Assembly (NCBI GenBank): GCA_965267575.1
Contig: OZ254086.1
Coordinates: 3,963,818-4,027,817 of the forward strand
Direction: 5' to 3'
From: Calditrichales bacterium
GTDB taxonomy: Bacteria > Calditrichota > Calditrichia > Calditrichales > J004
DNA length: 64,000 nt
The notes under the pieces are model-generated. The model was not told where the DNA came from. It was given only the letters and a program-made list of their open reading frames with translations, and made no database searches. The stretch's first letter is position 1, and each line of letters begins with the position of its first letter. Shown in pieces: positions 49,703-58,516 of this stretch. The position numbers and the translations under genes are program-made.

Positions 49703-50892
49703 GCAACACACTCCTGACGATTGGCGTTGACGGCGGCGCCACAAAAGTGAGTGCCTGGCAGGTACGTTTTAAAAGCGAAGACAGCTCTTTTTTCCTGGGA
49801 AAATCCAATTGCGAAACCCGCTACTCCAATATTCCCGGATTTATCCCCGACTTTAAGCCAGTTGACATTGGCCGGCAGCTGAAGGAATTCCAGCAAGACG
49901 ACGTTCAACCCACCGACGCGGAAACGCAGCAAGCCTCTTGTTACATCGAAGCCTGCGCACAAGCCATTGAAGCGATCGCTGAAGAGACAAAATGCAAGCG
50001 CGTGCTGATTGGTTTGGGCATGCCCGGCCTTAAAACGGCTGACAAGCGCGGTATTGCGGTTGTGGCAAACGGACCGCGTATGGTGAATTACTGTAATCAA
50101 CTGGAGCGACGTTTGGACAGTGCCGGTATTAAACTGGAAGCGCCGATCCATCATTTGGGAAGCGATGCCGACTACTGTGGCATCGGCGAGAATTATGCCG
50201 CGGATGGCCTGTTCAGTGATGTAGAGAATGGTTATTATCTTGGCGGCGGCACGGGCGTAGCCGATGCCATGAAACTCGACGGCGAACTTGTCCCCTTCGA
50301 TTTGATGAAAAGCTGGAATCCCAAAACATGGGAGCTCCAGGGTGACAACGGGCTTTCGCTGGAGCGTTTTATCTCCGCCGGCGGCATACAATCGCTTTAC
50401 GCAAAACTGGCCGATCGGTCGGTGAGTGAACTGAACAGTGAGCAAATCTTTCCGCCACAGATCGCGGAAAAGGCCGTGGCAGGCGATAAGTCAGCACAGG
50501 AAACCTATCAGCTTGTGGCGCGGAACCTGGCGGCGTTGCTGCACGCGCGTATTGTGACGCTTTACAGAGGCTGGAATGATGCTTTTCCTTTCATGAACAG
50601 CGCGCGCGCGGCACTGGAAAAAACGCATGATCATCTGGGAAAGCTGTTTCAACGTATTATCATCGGGCAGAGGCTTGGCGACCTGATGACCACAACGGCG
50701 GGCGACCGCGTACTGACACAACCGGTTTTTAATGCCCTGGAGCATCATATCGCTGAAGACGATGCGCTCGACGATAAAGCCAAAAAACACTATAAAGACC
50801 TGACAAACATTATTTTCTTTTCCCGGCTGCGCGAGGCCCCGGCACTTGGTGCAGGAGTAGACGCCTTTTTCAGCTGGCAGGACTATCAGTAA
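49699..50892 (+). CDS. BadF/BadG/BcrA/BcrD-type ATPase (N-acetylglucosamine/MurNAc kinase-like sugar kinase)
   Basis: 397 aa with an ASKHA phosphate-1 motif (IGVDGGATKVSAW), then GLGMPG and LGGGTGVADA. It forms an ATGA overlap with the GT2 gene. Confidence 0.75.
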   Translation: MSNTLLTIGVDGGATKVSAWQVRFKSEDSSFFLGKSNCETRYSNIPGFIPDFKPVDIGRQLKEFQQDDVQPTDAETQQASCYIEACAQAIEAIAEETKCKRVLIGLGMPGLKTADKRGIAVVANGPRMVNYCNQLERRLDSAGIKLEAPIHHLGSDADYCGIGENYAADGLFSDVENGYYLGGGTGVADAMKLDGELVPFDLMKSWNPKTWELQGDNGLSLERFISAGGIQSLYAKLADRSVSELNSEQIFPPQIAEKAVAGDKSAQETYQLVARNLAALLHARIVTLYRGWNDAFPFMNSARAALEKTHDHLGKLFQRIIIGQRLGDLMTTTAGDRVLTQPVFNALEHHIAEDDALDDKAKKHYKDLTNIIFFSRLREAPALGAGVDAFFSWQDYQ

Positions 50893-50930
50893 GGCTTGCC
50901 TGTTTCGGGAATAATGTTAAATTCTGATCT

Positions 50931-52277
50931 ATGTTAAAACCCGACGTTATTCCCGGAAGGGAACCTGAAATCAATGTGGGCATTATTTTGCCCGAAGACG
51001 GCTTCTCCTCCGTTACCCTGAATCTCCCCGAGACGGCTGCCTATACACTTTTCCTTAAGGATAATAAAAAAGTAAGCCTGCCGCCGGGAGAATGTTCTTT
51101 GGCGGTGCGTGATGAGACGCTCTTTCTCCAGACCATCAACGGCGAAGAACCTTTGCCGGACCGCGTGGTTTGCAAACCTCAAAAAATTACAGAAAAACTC
51201 AGCGCCCGTCAGGGCATACGCCTCTACCCCGTGATTGCCGGACGGGGCTTCCACTGGCAGAAACATATCGCTGTGTGCCTGCCCGACCAATTGCTTATCA
51301 AACGCCAAAAAGACCACCTGGTTATAATCAATGTGTTGCCGCTGGAACACTATGTGATGTGCGTGGCCACTTCAGAAATGGGTGCAGCCTGCCCCGAGGC
51401 GTTGATAGAATCACAGACAATCGCCGCACGCTCCTGGATGCTGGCCAATGTGGAACAGAAGCACCGGCACATGGAAATGGATGTCTGTAACGACGATTGC
51501 TGCCAGCGTTACCAGGGTACAACCTATTTGAGTCCGCAGTCCGTATCGGGTGCTCTGAATACTTCCGGGCAGGTGCTGATGAGCGGCAGCAAGATCTGTG
51601 ACGCCCGTTATTCCAAGAGCTGCGGCGGTTTCATGGAACGTTTTGACGCCATCTGGCATGGCGAGGACCTGAGCTACCTGAAAGCACAACCCGACGCGCA
51701 GCACCCGCTGGCCGAGCTTGAGGGTCCGCTTAATGAAGAAGAGCATTTTCGGAAGTGGCTTTATTCAACACCGAAGGCTTACTGCAGTCCGCATTATATC
51801 GCAGAAGACAAGCTGCAAAAATACCTGGGCAGCGTGGACGAGGCCGGGCATTACTACCGCTGGCATGTGTCAGTTCCGCAAAAAGAAATGACCGAGACCA
51901 TCAACCGCTTTTCAGGTATCCGGGCGCGTTGTATTCATGGTTTTAAAGTGATCCAGCGTGGTCAGTCCGGACGTATAAACCAGCTTCAGGTTTTCTTCAC
52001 AAGCGAGGATAACAGCAAAGGCTCCCTGCTAATAACGAGCGAATACGATGTGCGGCGCAATCTTTCCGCGGCTTTCCTGTACAGTTCGGCTATAATTATC
52101 AAGCCCAAACCGCAGCAACAGGAATGTCCGGACAGTTTTGAAATTGACGGCGCCGGTTGGGGCCACGGGGTTGGCCTTTGCCAGATTGGCGCCCTGGGCA
52201 TGGCCCTTAATAAATTCAGCACAAAAACGATCCTCGCCCATTATTACCCGGGCAGTTTACTGCAAAAAATTTACTGA
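50931..52277 (+). CDS. SpoIID/LytB-domain protein without a recognisable signal peptide
   Basis: 448 aa with the SpoIID-type blocks ALIESQTIAARSW, VCNDDCCQRYQG and GWGHGVGLCQIGA. The N-terminus MLKPDVIPGREPEINVGIILPEDG is hydrophilic. Confidence 0.8.
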   Translation: MLKPDVIPGREPEINVGIILPEDGFSSVTLNLPETAAYTLFLKDNKKVSLPPGECSLAVRDETLFLQTINGEEPLPDRVVCKPQKITEKLSARQGIRLYPVIAGRGFHWQKHIAVCLPDQLLIKRQKDHLVIINVLPLEHYVMCVATSEMGAACPEALIESQTIAARSWMLANVEQKHRHMEMDVCNDDCCQRYQGTTYLSPQSVSGALNTSGQVLMSGSKICDARYSKSCGGFMERFDAIWHGEDLSYLKAQPDAQHPLAELEGPLNEEEHFRKWLYSTPKAYCSPHYIAEDKLQKYLGSVDEAGHYYRWHVSVPQKEMTETINRFSGIRARCIHGFKVIQRGQSGRINQLQVFFTSEDNSKGSLLITSEYDVRRNLSAAFLYSSAIIIKPKPQQQECPDSFEIDGAGWGHGVGLCQIGALGMALNKFSTKTILAHYYPGSLLQKIY

Positions 52278-52304
52278 TCGTATAGACGACACATGGAGTG
52301 ATTT

Positions 52305-54179
52305 ATGAGCAAGCCACAGCGTTCACCCTGGTTCTGGGTTCCCTCTCTCTACTACGCCGAAGGTTTGCCCTATATCGTTGTAATGACCGTTTCGGTTATT
52401 ATGTACAAGCGTCTGGGCATTTCCAACACCGATATCGCGCTGTATACCAGCTGGCTCTACCTGCCCTGGGTAATCAAGCCGTTGTGGAGCCCTGTTGTTG
52501 ATATTCTTAAAACCAAGCGCTGGTGGATCGTTACCATGCAGCTTTTACTGGGCGCCGGTTTCGCCGGTGTGGCATTTATGCTGCCCCTGCCCTTTTTCTT
52601 CCAGGCTACGCTGGCTTTTCTGTGGCTGATGGCCTTTTCCAGCGCCACGCACGATATTGCCGCGGACGGTTTCTATATGCTGGGTCTCAGCGAACATGAC
52701 CAGGCCTGGTTTGTGGGTGTACGAAGCACATTCTACCGCTTCGCCATGATCACAGGTCAGGGCCTGTTGATCATTCTTGCCGGCTATCTGGAAAGCACCA
52801 CCGGCCTGCCACCGGTTGAAAATACCGTGATTAGCTCGCCGCAGGAAACGCGTGAAGCGATACGCCATCCGGACAGCATAGTCTTTGGTCAGATTCCCGA
52901 TGAAGCTGAAGTGTTGATTGTTCCCGCTGAGCTTACCATTTCCACGGTGCCCCTGCCGAAATCGCGGCTGGACAGTATGGCCGCCTTTGTGGAGCAGTGG
53001 AATGAACAAAACAACCTTGTAGAGCAAGGCGAAGACGCTGCGACTGCCGCCGAGCAGGAGGCCGCCGCTGCCGAGGAATCCGGCTGGCTCAATTCGGCGC
53101 AAGCTTCGCTGGAAGAGTTTATCCGTACCTGGTTTGGCGAAGAGCAGGTACTTGCGGTTGCCGGTGACCGTGCCGGTAACACAGGTGTTTTTTATGTCCG
53201 GCTAAGTCAGAAACCTCCGGCGGATGATCCGGTGGTGGTCAACTTTGGCCGCAGCGAGGGCGATAAAAGTATTTCCCTGGTCAGTGAAGGGCGCTTTGTC
53301 TTTACCGAAGAAAACTGGGATGTGCCGGCCATGGCCCTGATTCAGCTCGATCCCAAGCTGAAAGAAGAGAGCAGCGCCGTTTTTGAAGCGCAGTCTGGCA
53401 ATATACCGCTGGCCTGGAGCATCACCTTTTTCATTATGGCCGGGATGTTCGTGCTGTTTTTTATTTACCACAAATTCGTTCTGCCCTATCCCGCCGAGGA
53501 CAAGGCCGCGCGTCGTTCGGAAAACTTTCTGCATGATTTCTGGCAAACTTTCCTGCTCTTTTTCAAAAAGAAAAGGATTGCCGCCATACTGGCCTTTTTG
53601 CTGCTTTACCGTTTTGCCGAAGCCCAGATCGTCAAAATGGCCTCACCGTTCCTGCTGGATATGCAGGAGGCCGGAGGCCTGGCGCTTACCACCGGCGAAG
53701 TGGGTTTTGTCTATGGCACAGTTGGTCTGATTTTCCTGACCATAGGCGGGCTGATCGGTGGCTTCGTTGCCGCCAAGCAAGGCTTAAAATTCTGGCTGTG
53801 GCCCATGGCCATTGCCATCAACCTACCCAACCTGGTTTATGTTGTGCTTAGCTATACACAGACGGACAGCTTTTTCTGGATCAATGTGGCGGTGGCCATC
53901 GAGCAGTTTGGTTACGGATTCGGCTTTACGGCTTATATGTTGTATATGATATATGTTTCGCAAGGCGAGCATAAAACGGCCCATTTCGCCATTACAACCG
54001 CCTTCATGGCGCTGGGCATGATGATACCGGGCATGTTCTCCGGGTGGCTGCAGGAGCTAATCGGCTACCAGCACTTCTTCGTCTGGGTAATGATTGCGAC
54101 CATACCGGCGTTTTTGGTGCTCAGGCTAATCCCGCTGGATCCTGAATTTGGCAAAAAGAAAGAAGAAGCTCAGGGATAG
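52305..54179 (+). CDS. ampG: AmpG-family MFS muropeptide permease with a large central insertion
   Basis: 624 aa. The N-terminal AmpG signature is YYAEGLPYIVVMTVSVIMYKRLGISNTDIALYTSWLYLPWVIKPLWSPVVD. A hydrophilic region of about 200 aa separates the two halves of the transporter. Confidence 0.85.
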   Translation: MSKPQRSPWFWVPSLYYAEGLPYIVVMTVSVIMYKRLGISNTDIALYTSWLYLPWVIKPLWSPVVDILKTKRWWIVTMQLLLGAGFAGVAFMLPLPFFFQATLAFLWLMAFSSATHDIAADGFYMLGLSEHDQAWFVGVRSTFYRFAMITGQGLLIILAGYLESTTGLPPVENTVISSPQETREAIRHPDSIVFGQIPDEAEVLIVPAELTISTVPLPKSRLDSMAAFVEQWNEQNNLVEQGEDAATAAEQEAAAAEESGWLNSAQASLEEFIRTWFGEEQVLAVAGDRAGNTGVFYVRLSQKPPADDPVVVNFGRSEGDKSISLVSEGRFVFTEENWDVPAMALIQLDPKLKEESSAVFEAQSGNIPLAWSITFFIMAGMFVLFFIYHKFVLPYPAEDKAARRSENFLHDFWQTFLLFFKKKRIAAILAFLLLYRFAEAQIVKMASPFLLDMQEAGGLALTTGEVGFVYGTVGLIFLTIGGLIGGFVAAKQGLKFWLWPMAIAINLPNLVYVVLSYTQTDSFFWINVAVAIEQFGYGFGFTAYMLYMIYVSQGEHKTAHFAITTAFMALGMMIPGMFSGWLQELIGYQHFFVWVMIATIPAFLVLRLIPLDPEFGKKKEEAQG

Positions 54180-54211
54180 GCTGAGCCACCCGCTGCATAA
54201 TTTGTCACAAT

Positions 54212-54251
54212 AAAAAAAGTCCCCGTAACCTTTGAGGTGCGGGGACTTTTG
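54212..54251. terminator. Bidirectional rho-independent terminator between ampG and the convergent pilus operon
   Basis: A7, then the AGTCCCCG / CGGGGACT stem (54218-54225 with 54240-54247), then TTTT. It works as hairpin plus U-run on both strands. Confidence 0.75.
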
Positions 54252-54268
54252 CGTTTAGAATGTTCTGT

Positions 54269-55696
54269 CTACGGCGTCCAGTCACGCGTACCCGCGATCG
54301 ATGTAGAGGCGCGTCCGTTACCCTGGGCCGGCGTGGTTACTTCGATCGTTATATAGACCTGCGGCGCTTCGAGACTGTCGCCCGGCGCCCATGTAAAATT
54401 AAAATCGGTGGTGCCGTTTCCCGAAAAGCGTGCGTCATCCAATGTTACCTGTGTGTCGCCAAACAGGTCACCGTCCGTGGCTTTTACGGAAATAGTTGTG
54501 TTACCCACCAGCGGATGGCCAAAAATATCATTCACGTTGTAACTGAAGTTGCTGGGCTGGTTTGTCGCGTCATAGCTAAACGTGGAAGGATTGATGCCGA
54601 TCGGGGCTGTTGCCGCGCTGAGCAAAACCGTTGTTTCCGCACTCAGTGTCAGGTTGGTCAAGGTGTCGCCATAGGTCCACGCGGAAATCGTGGCAAAGGG
54701 GTCATTAATCGGATCGGGCGGTAATGGCGCGGCGCTCATAAAGCTCACGGTCGCACGACCCATCTCGTCTGTAACGGCGGCGCCATCCACAATACCATAG
54801 TCACTTGAAAAATAAACGATCGTGCCCGGCGCAACCGGGTTGCTGTATTGGTCACCCACGAAGGCCGTCACATTATCGAGAATCCCAAAATGGACACGTC
54901 CTGCGATATTGGCTCTTTCAATGGCAACGCTAAAATGATCTTCATCAGGCAAGCCGCCAAAAATCGCCACACGCGGCGGAATGGCGCTAAAGGTGCCGTT
55001 TTCGTTTTGAAACGTGGCCTCCAGCTGCACGGCACCGGAAACAGTACCGCTGCTGAGCACGGTGTAACACAATCCGTTTTCAGTAATCATCGATTCCGGA
55101 AAAACGTACTCGCCGCCACCGGGACCGTTCTTTACGCTAAAATTTACTTCGACGGCGTTGTCATTGCTTACGAGCCGACCCTCGCTATCGGTCACGCGAA
55201 ATACCAGGACAGTCGTTTCCTGCAATCCGGATGATTTGACATAAATATGGGGATCGGGGCTGTTCTCCAGCACGATATGGGCTGCTTTCCCGCTGGAACC
55301 CGTAGGCAGATCTCCGCCCCCGTCTCCGGAATCGGCATTTATGCGAGCCAGTGTCACATCGGATACAATGGCATTGCTGCCCTTTTTGGCCAACACCGTC
55401 GCCGATCCGTTAAAAAAGCCCACTTTTGATATTTCCAGCTCAACCTGTTTGGATTCATCTTCACCGATATCCAGGTTCAATGTGTAACCGCCCTGGCTGT
55501 TTGTGAGCGTCTGTGCAAAAACCGAGACAGTCTGCGAAGTTACCAAAGCGTTGGCCACAGGGACGTAATCGCCATCGCTTTGCAGCGTGTACACCGCTCC
55601 GCTTACGGTTGTTGTTTCATTGGAATCATTTGCGGATTCGCACGCCGGGAAGAGGGTTATGCCCGCCAGCAAACAGGCAACAATTGCTTTTTTCAC
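54269..55696 (-). CDS. Large lipoprotein with a carboxypeptidase-regulatory-like N-domain and Ig-like (Big) repeats
   Basis: I placed the start at the GTG at 55696 (VKKAIVACLLAGITLFPAC), preceded by GGAGG with a 4-nt spacer, 16 nt after the pilT stop. The rest is beta-rich and Thr/Ser/Gly/Val-rich, with Big-like modules. Confidence 0.6.
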   Translation of the reverse strand: MKKAIVACLLAGITLFPACESANDSNETTTVSGAVYTLQSDGDYVPVANALVTSQTVSVFAQTLTNSQGGYTLNLDIGEDESKQVELEISKVGFFNGSATVLAKKGSNAIVSDVTLARINADSGDGGGDLPTGSSGKAAHIVLENSPDPHIYVKSSGLQETTVLVFRVTDSEGRLVSNDNAVEVNFSVKNGPGGGEYVFPESMITENGLCYTVLSSGTVSGAVQLEATFQNENGTFSAIPPRVAIFGGLPDEDHFSVAIERANIAGRVHFGILDNVTAFVGDQYSNPVAPGTIVYFSSDYGIVDGAAVTDEMGRATVSFMSAAPLPPDPINDPFATISAWTYGDTLTNLTLSAETTVLLSAATAPIGINPSTFSYDATNQPSNFSYNVNDIFGHPLVGNTTISVKATDGDLFGDTQVTLDDARFSGNGTTDFNFTWAPGDSLEAPQVYITIEVTTPAQGNGRASTSIAGTRDWTP

Positions 55697-55712
55697 GGTT
55701 CCTCCGCTCGTC

Positions 55713-56753
55713 TTATACATATTCACTCAGCTTTATTTGGGGTGAAATAATGTTGTTCTGCCGTAAGTCGGACAGGCTGCGCTCAAAGCTTTGCATACCA
55801 TATTCCGCGCCGGTTTGTATCATCGAGTCGATCTGGTGGGTTTTGCCTTCACGGATCAGGTTTTTTACGGCATCCGTGTTGACCAGCACTTCCATAATGG
55901 CAACCCGGTCTTTTTCCAATGCTTTGGGTACTAACCTCTGGCTGATCACGGAAACGAGCGTGGCGGCCAGCAATTGCCGTACCTGCTGCTGCGCTTCCGA
56001 TGGAAATACGTTAATAATTCTGTCGATTGTTTCCGGGGCGCTGTTTGTATGCAGGGTTGAAAAAACAAGGTGCCCGGTTTCCGCGGCACGCAACGCGTTG
56101 GAGATTGTTTCCGTATCGCGCATTTCGCCTACAAGGATCACATCGGGATCTTCGCGCAGGGCCGAGCGCAGCGCCGCCGCAAAATCGCGGGTATGTATGC
56201 CCACTTCCCGCTGGTGGATAAGGCAGCTCCGCGGATTGTGCACGTACTCCACCGGATCCTCGATAGTAATGATATGCTCACGCCGGCTCAGGTTGATCTC
56301 ATTCAGCATAGCCGCCAGCGTCGTCGATTTACCGCTGCCGGTCGGACCCGTAACAAGGATCAGCCCTTTGCGGTGCTCCACAATGCGGCGCAGGATAACC
56401 GGCATGCGCATTTCCTGCAAAGTTCGTATGTGCTGGTTGATAACACGGAAAGCGCCGGATATGCCATTCATGTGGCGGTAAAAATTTACACGAAAACGCG
56501 AGATATCCTCAAGCTGCAGGGCAAAATCCAGCTCGTTGTTGTCCTGAAAATATTTTTTTTGCTCATCACCAAGCATGGTAAGAAAAAAACGATTGAGTTC
56601 GGTTTTGTCCAGTACCGGCGCGTCCACCTGGCGCAATTGCCCCATAATGCGCAGCACCGGTGGTCTGCCGCTGCTGAAATGCACATCCGAAGCATTGTTC
56701 TTTACAGCCAGTTTCAGAGTTTCCCGAACCAGCTGGTCAATCGCGTGAGCCAT
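55713..56753 (-). CDS. pilT: Type IV pilus retraction ATPase PilT
   Basis: Walker A GPTGSGKSTT, ILVGEMRD, GHLVFSTLHTNSA and the N-terminal ASDVHFSSG are present. I placed the start at the ATG at 56753, 4 nt after the secretin stop, with GAGGAG upstream. Confidence 0.93.
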   Translation of the reverse strand: MAHAIDQLVRETLKLAVKNNASDVHFSSGRPPVLRIMGQLRQVDAPVLDKTELNRFFLTMLGDEQKKYFQDNNELDFALQLEDISRFRVNFYRHMNGISGAFRVINQHIRTLQEMRMPVILRRIVEHRKGLILVTGPTGSGKSTTLAAMLNEINLSRREHIITIEDPVEYVHNPRSCLIHQREVGIHTRDFAAALRSALREDPDVILVGEMRDTETISNALRAAETGHLVFSTLHTNSAPETIDRIINVFPSEAQQQVRQLLAATLVSVISQRLVPKALEKDRVAIMEVLVNTDAVKNLIREGKTHQIDSMIQTGAEYGMQSFERSLSDLRQNNIISPQIKLSEYV

Positions 56754-56757
56754 TTGC

Positions 56758-58044
56758 CTAGCGCTCCTCAGCCGCGTATCCAACAATCTTTGGCGTAATA
56801 AAAATCAACAAGTCTGATTTTTCGACTTTGGTACTTGTGTTCTGGAACAGGTAGCCCAATACGGGTATGTCGCCCAGCAGCCAAAGCTTCTCTACCGTCT
56901 TATTGCGTGTTTCTTTGATCAGCCCGCCCAGCACAAGCGTTTGATTATCCAGAACGGTTACAACCGTTTCAACCTCGCGCTTGGAGGTAATCGGCTGCGG
57001 TGTATCGCTGCCGCCGGTAAAGCCGATGATCTCCTCCATCATCGGATGAACCTGCAACGTTATCTGACCGTCTTCACCAATCTGCGGAATGACATCCAGG
57101 TTGATATTCACATCTTTTTCGCGAAAGGTGATCAGGTCACCGGCGATACCGCGCGACACTTCCGGGACGGGCACGGTTGTTCCGATTCGAATGGAGGCTT
57201 TGCGGTTATTAAGGGTTGTTACTTTGGGATTACTGACCAGCCGCGATCCGTTGTCACGCGCCAGCATATCCAGCGTGGCGCTTAGCTGATCGACGGTGAG
57301 AACGCCCAGGTTCATATTTTCGCCGGCGTCCGGCAGTTTATACCAGGCGGAAAGAAGCCGCGTATCCCCCTGATCGCTGCCCTTGGTGATTGGCGCTGTG
57401 GTTTCGGCGCCATCCATTGAAACGGAGACGCTTTTGGGCAGATTTAAACCATACTGCTGCTCATCGCTTAACAAAGATTCCACCAGGCGCACTTCAATAT
57501 GGATTTGCTGCTGCGGCACATCCAGCGAGCGGATCACCTGTTCAATGTTTTTGATATTTTCCCAAAGGTCGGTAACAACCAGGATATTCGAGCGCAGGTC
57601 AGATTCTTCTTTTTCGGATTGTGCCATCAGCGGCGTGATTTTGCCTTTTTCCGACAACATGGGTGAAACGGTTTCCATCAGATGGTAGGCATTCAGATAG
57701 CTGAGCTGAAAGACTTTACTCTGCAGTTCTCCGTTAACGTCATCGCCAAACGCCTTTACAAGCAGTACATCATTTTCTATAACATAATGGTAACCTTTAG
57801 ACTTGAGGATGGAGTTTATGGCATCGGCCAGCGTAACGTCCGATAGCTGAACACTTACCCGGCCGGTTACACCATCGCCCACAACCATATTGATGGCATA
57901 TTGGCGGGAAAAGAGGCGCAGCACTTCTGTAATGGAAGCGCCGTCAAACTGCGGAGACACCTTTTGGCTGAGCTTCTGCTGCAGGTCCATCGCGTGGACG
58001 CTGCTGAACAGCAGGGTTACTATCAAGATGATACGAATTTTCAT
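56758..58044 (-). CDS. pilQ: Short secretin (PilQ/GspD family) of the pilus machine
   Basis: 428 aa. It has a signal peptide, an N0/STN-like domain (ITEVLRLFSRQYAINMVV) and a secretin C-domain (TVVTVLDNQTLVLGGLI...DIPVLGYLF...LLIFITPKIV). There are no AMIN domains. Confidence 0.88.
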   Translation of the reverse strand: MKIRIILIVTLLFSSVHAMDLQQKLSQKVSPQFDGASITEVLRLFSRQYAINMVVGDGVTGRVSVQLSDVTLADAINSILKSKGYHYVIENDVLLVKAFGDDVNGELQSKVFQLSYLNAYHLMETVSPMLSEKGKITPLMAQSEKEESDLRSNILVVTDLWENIKNIEQVIRSLDVPQQQIHIEVRLVESLLSDEQQYGLNLPKSVSVSMDGAETTAPITKGSDQGDTRLLSAWYKLPDAGENMNLGVLTVDQLSATLDMLARDNGSRLVSNPKVTTLNNRKASIRIGTTVPVPEVSRGIAGDLITFREKDVNINLDVIPQIGEDGQITLQVHPMMEEIIGFTGGSDTPQPITSKREVETVVTVLDNQTLVLGGLIKETRNKTVEKLWLLGDIPVLGYLFQNTSTKVEKSDLLIFITPKIVGYAAEER

Positions 58045-58066
58045 GCCCGGTTCTCCCGATTCCGTT

Positions 58067-58516
58067 TTATAATTTTAATGTCAGGTTTTCGTCACCTTTG
58101 CTCAGCAATACGCGGCTCTGCTCTATCTTCACGATCTTGTAGCCTGCGATTTCATCGCCAACGGAAAGGACCTGATCGTTTATCATCGCCATGGACGCCT
58201 GCCCGGCATAACTGATCGCCTTTAGCGTCAGACTGACCCGTGGCGCTTTCTTTACAACACGGCGGGGCGCCGGTTTATGGCTTGGATCGTCAAAGGGATC
58301 GCGGCCCCAGCTTTTGGCTGACGCCGGCGTAACGCGGGCTGAGGCAACTCGCGCCACAGCGGTTTTCGGTTTAACACTTTTTTCGACGGCCGCCTTGGAA
58401 TCGCCGCCGTAAAAACTGCTGTAATCATCGGAATTGATGACAAAATCACCGATGGCAAAAACGACCACAACGGCCAGAACGATCAGTAATACTTTTTGGC
58501 GCTTTTCAATCTGCAT
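58067..58516 (-). CDS. PilP-like (or GspC-like) single-TM pilus assembly protein
   Basis: 149 aa. An N-terminal TM and a Pro/Lys-rich linker precede a C-terminal beta domain, LKAISYAGQASMAMINDQVLSVGDEIAGYKIVKIEQSRVLL. Its position between the pilO-like gene and pilQ supports the call. Confidence 0.5.
   Translation of the reverse strand: MQIEKRQKVLLIVLAVVVVFAIGDFVINSDDYSSFYGGDSKAAVEKSVKPKTAVARVASARVTPASAKSWGRDPFDDPSHKPAPRRVVKKAPRVSLTLKAISYAGQASMAMINDQVLSVGDEIAGYKIVKIEQSRVLLSKGDENLTLKL

Noticed and set aside
48842-50445. Two minus-strand ORFs (252 and 288 aa) opposite the GT2 and kinase genes
   Set aside because: The sense-strand genes have clear GT2 and ASKHA motifs and coupled starts. The antisense translations have no motif I recognise.
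55513-56481. 322-aa plus-strand ORF across the lipoprotein/pilT junction
   Set aside because: It is antisense to pilT and the 5' end of the lipoprotein gene. It is Arg/Ser/Cys-rich, which is typical of an antisense frame, and has no SD.
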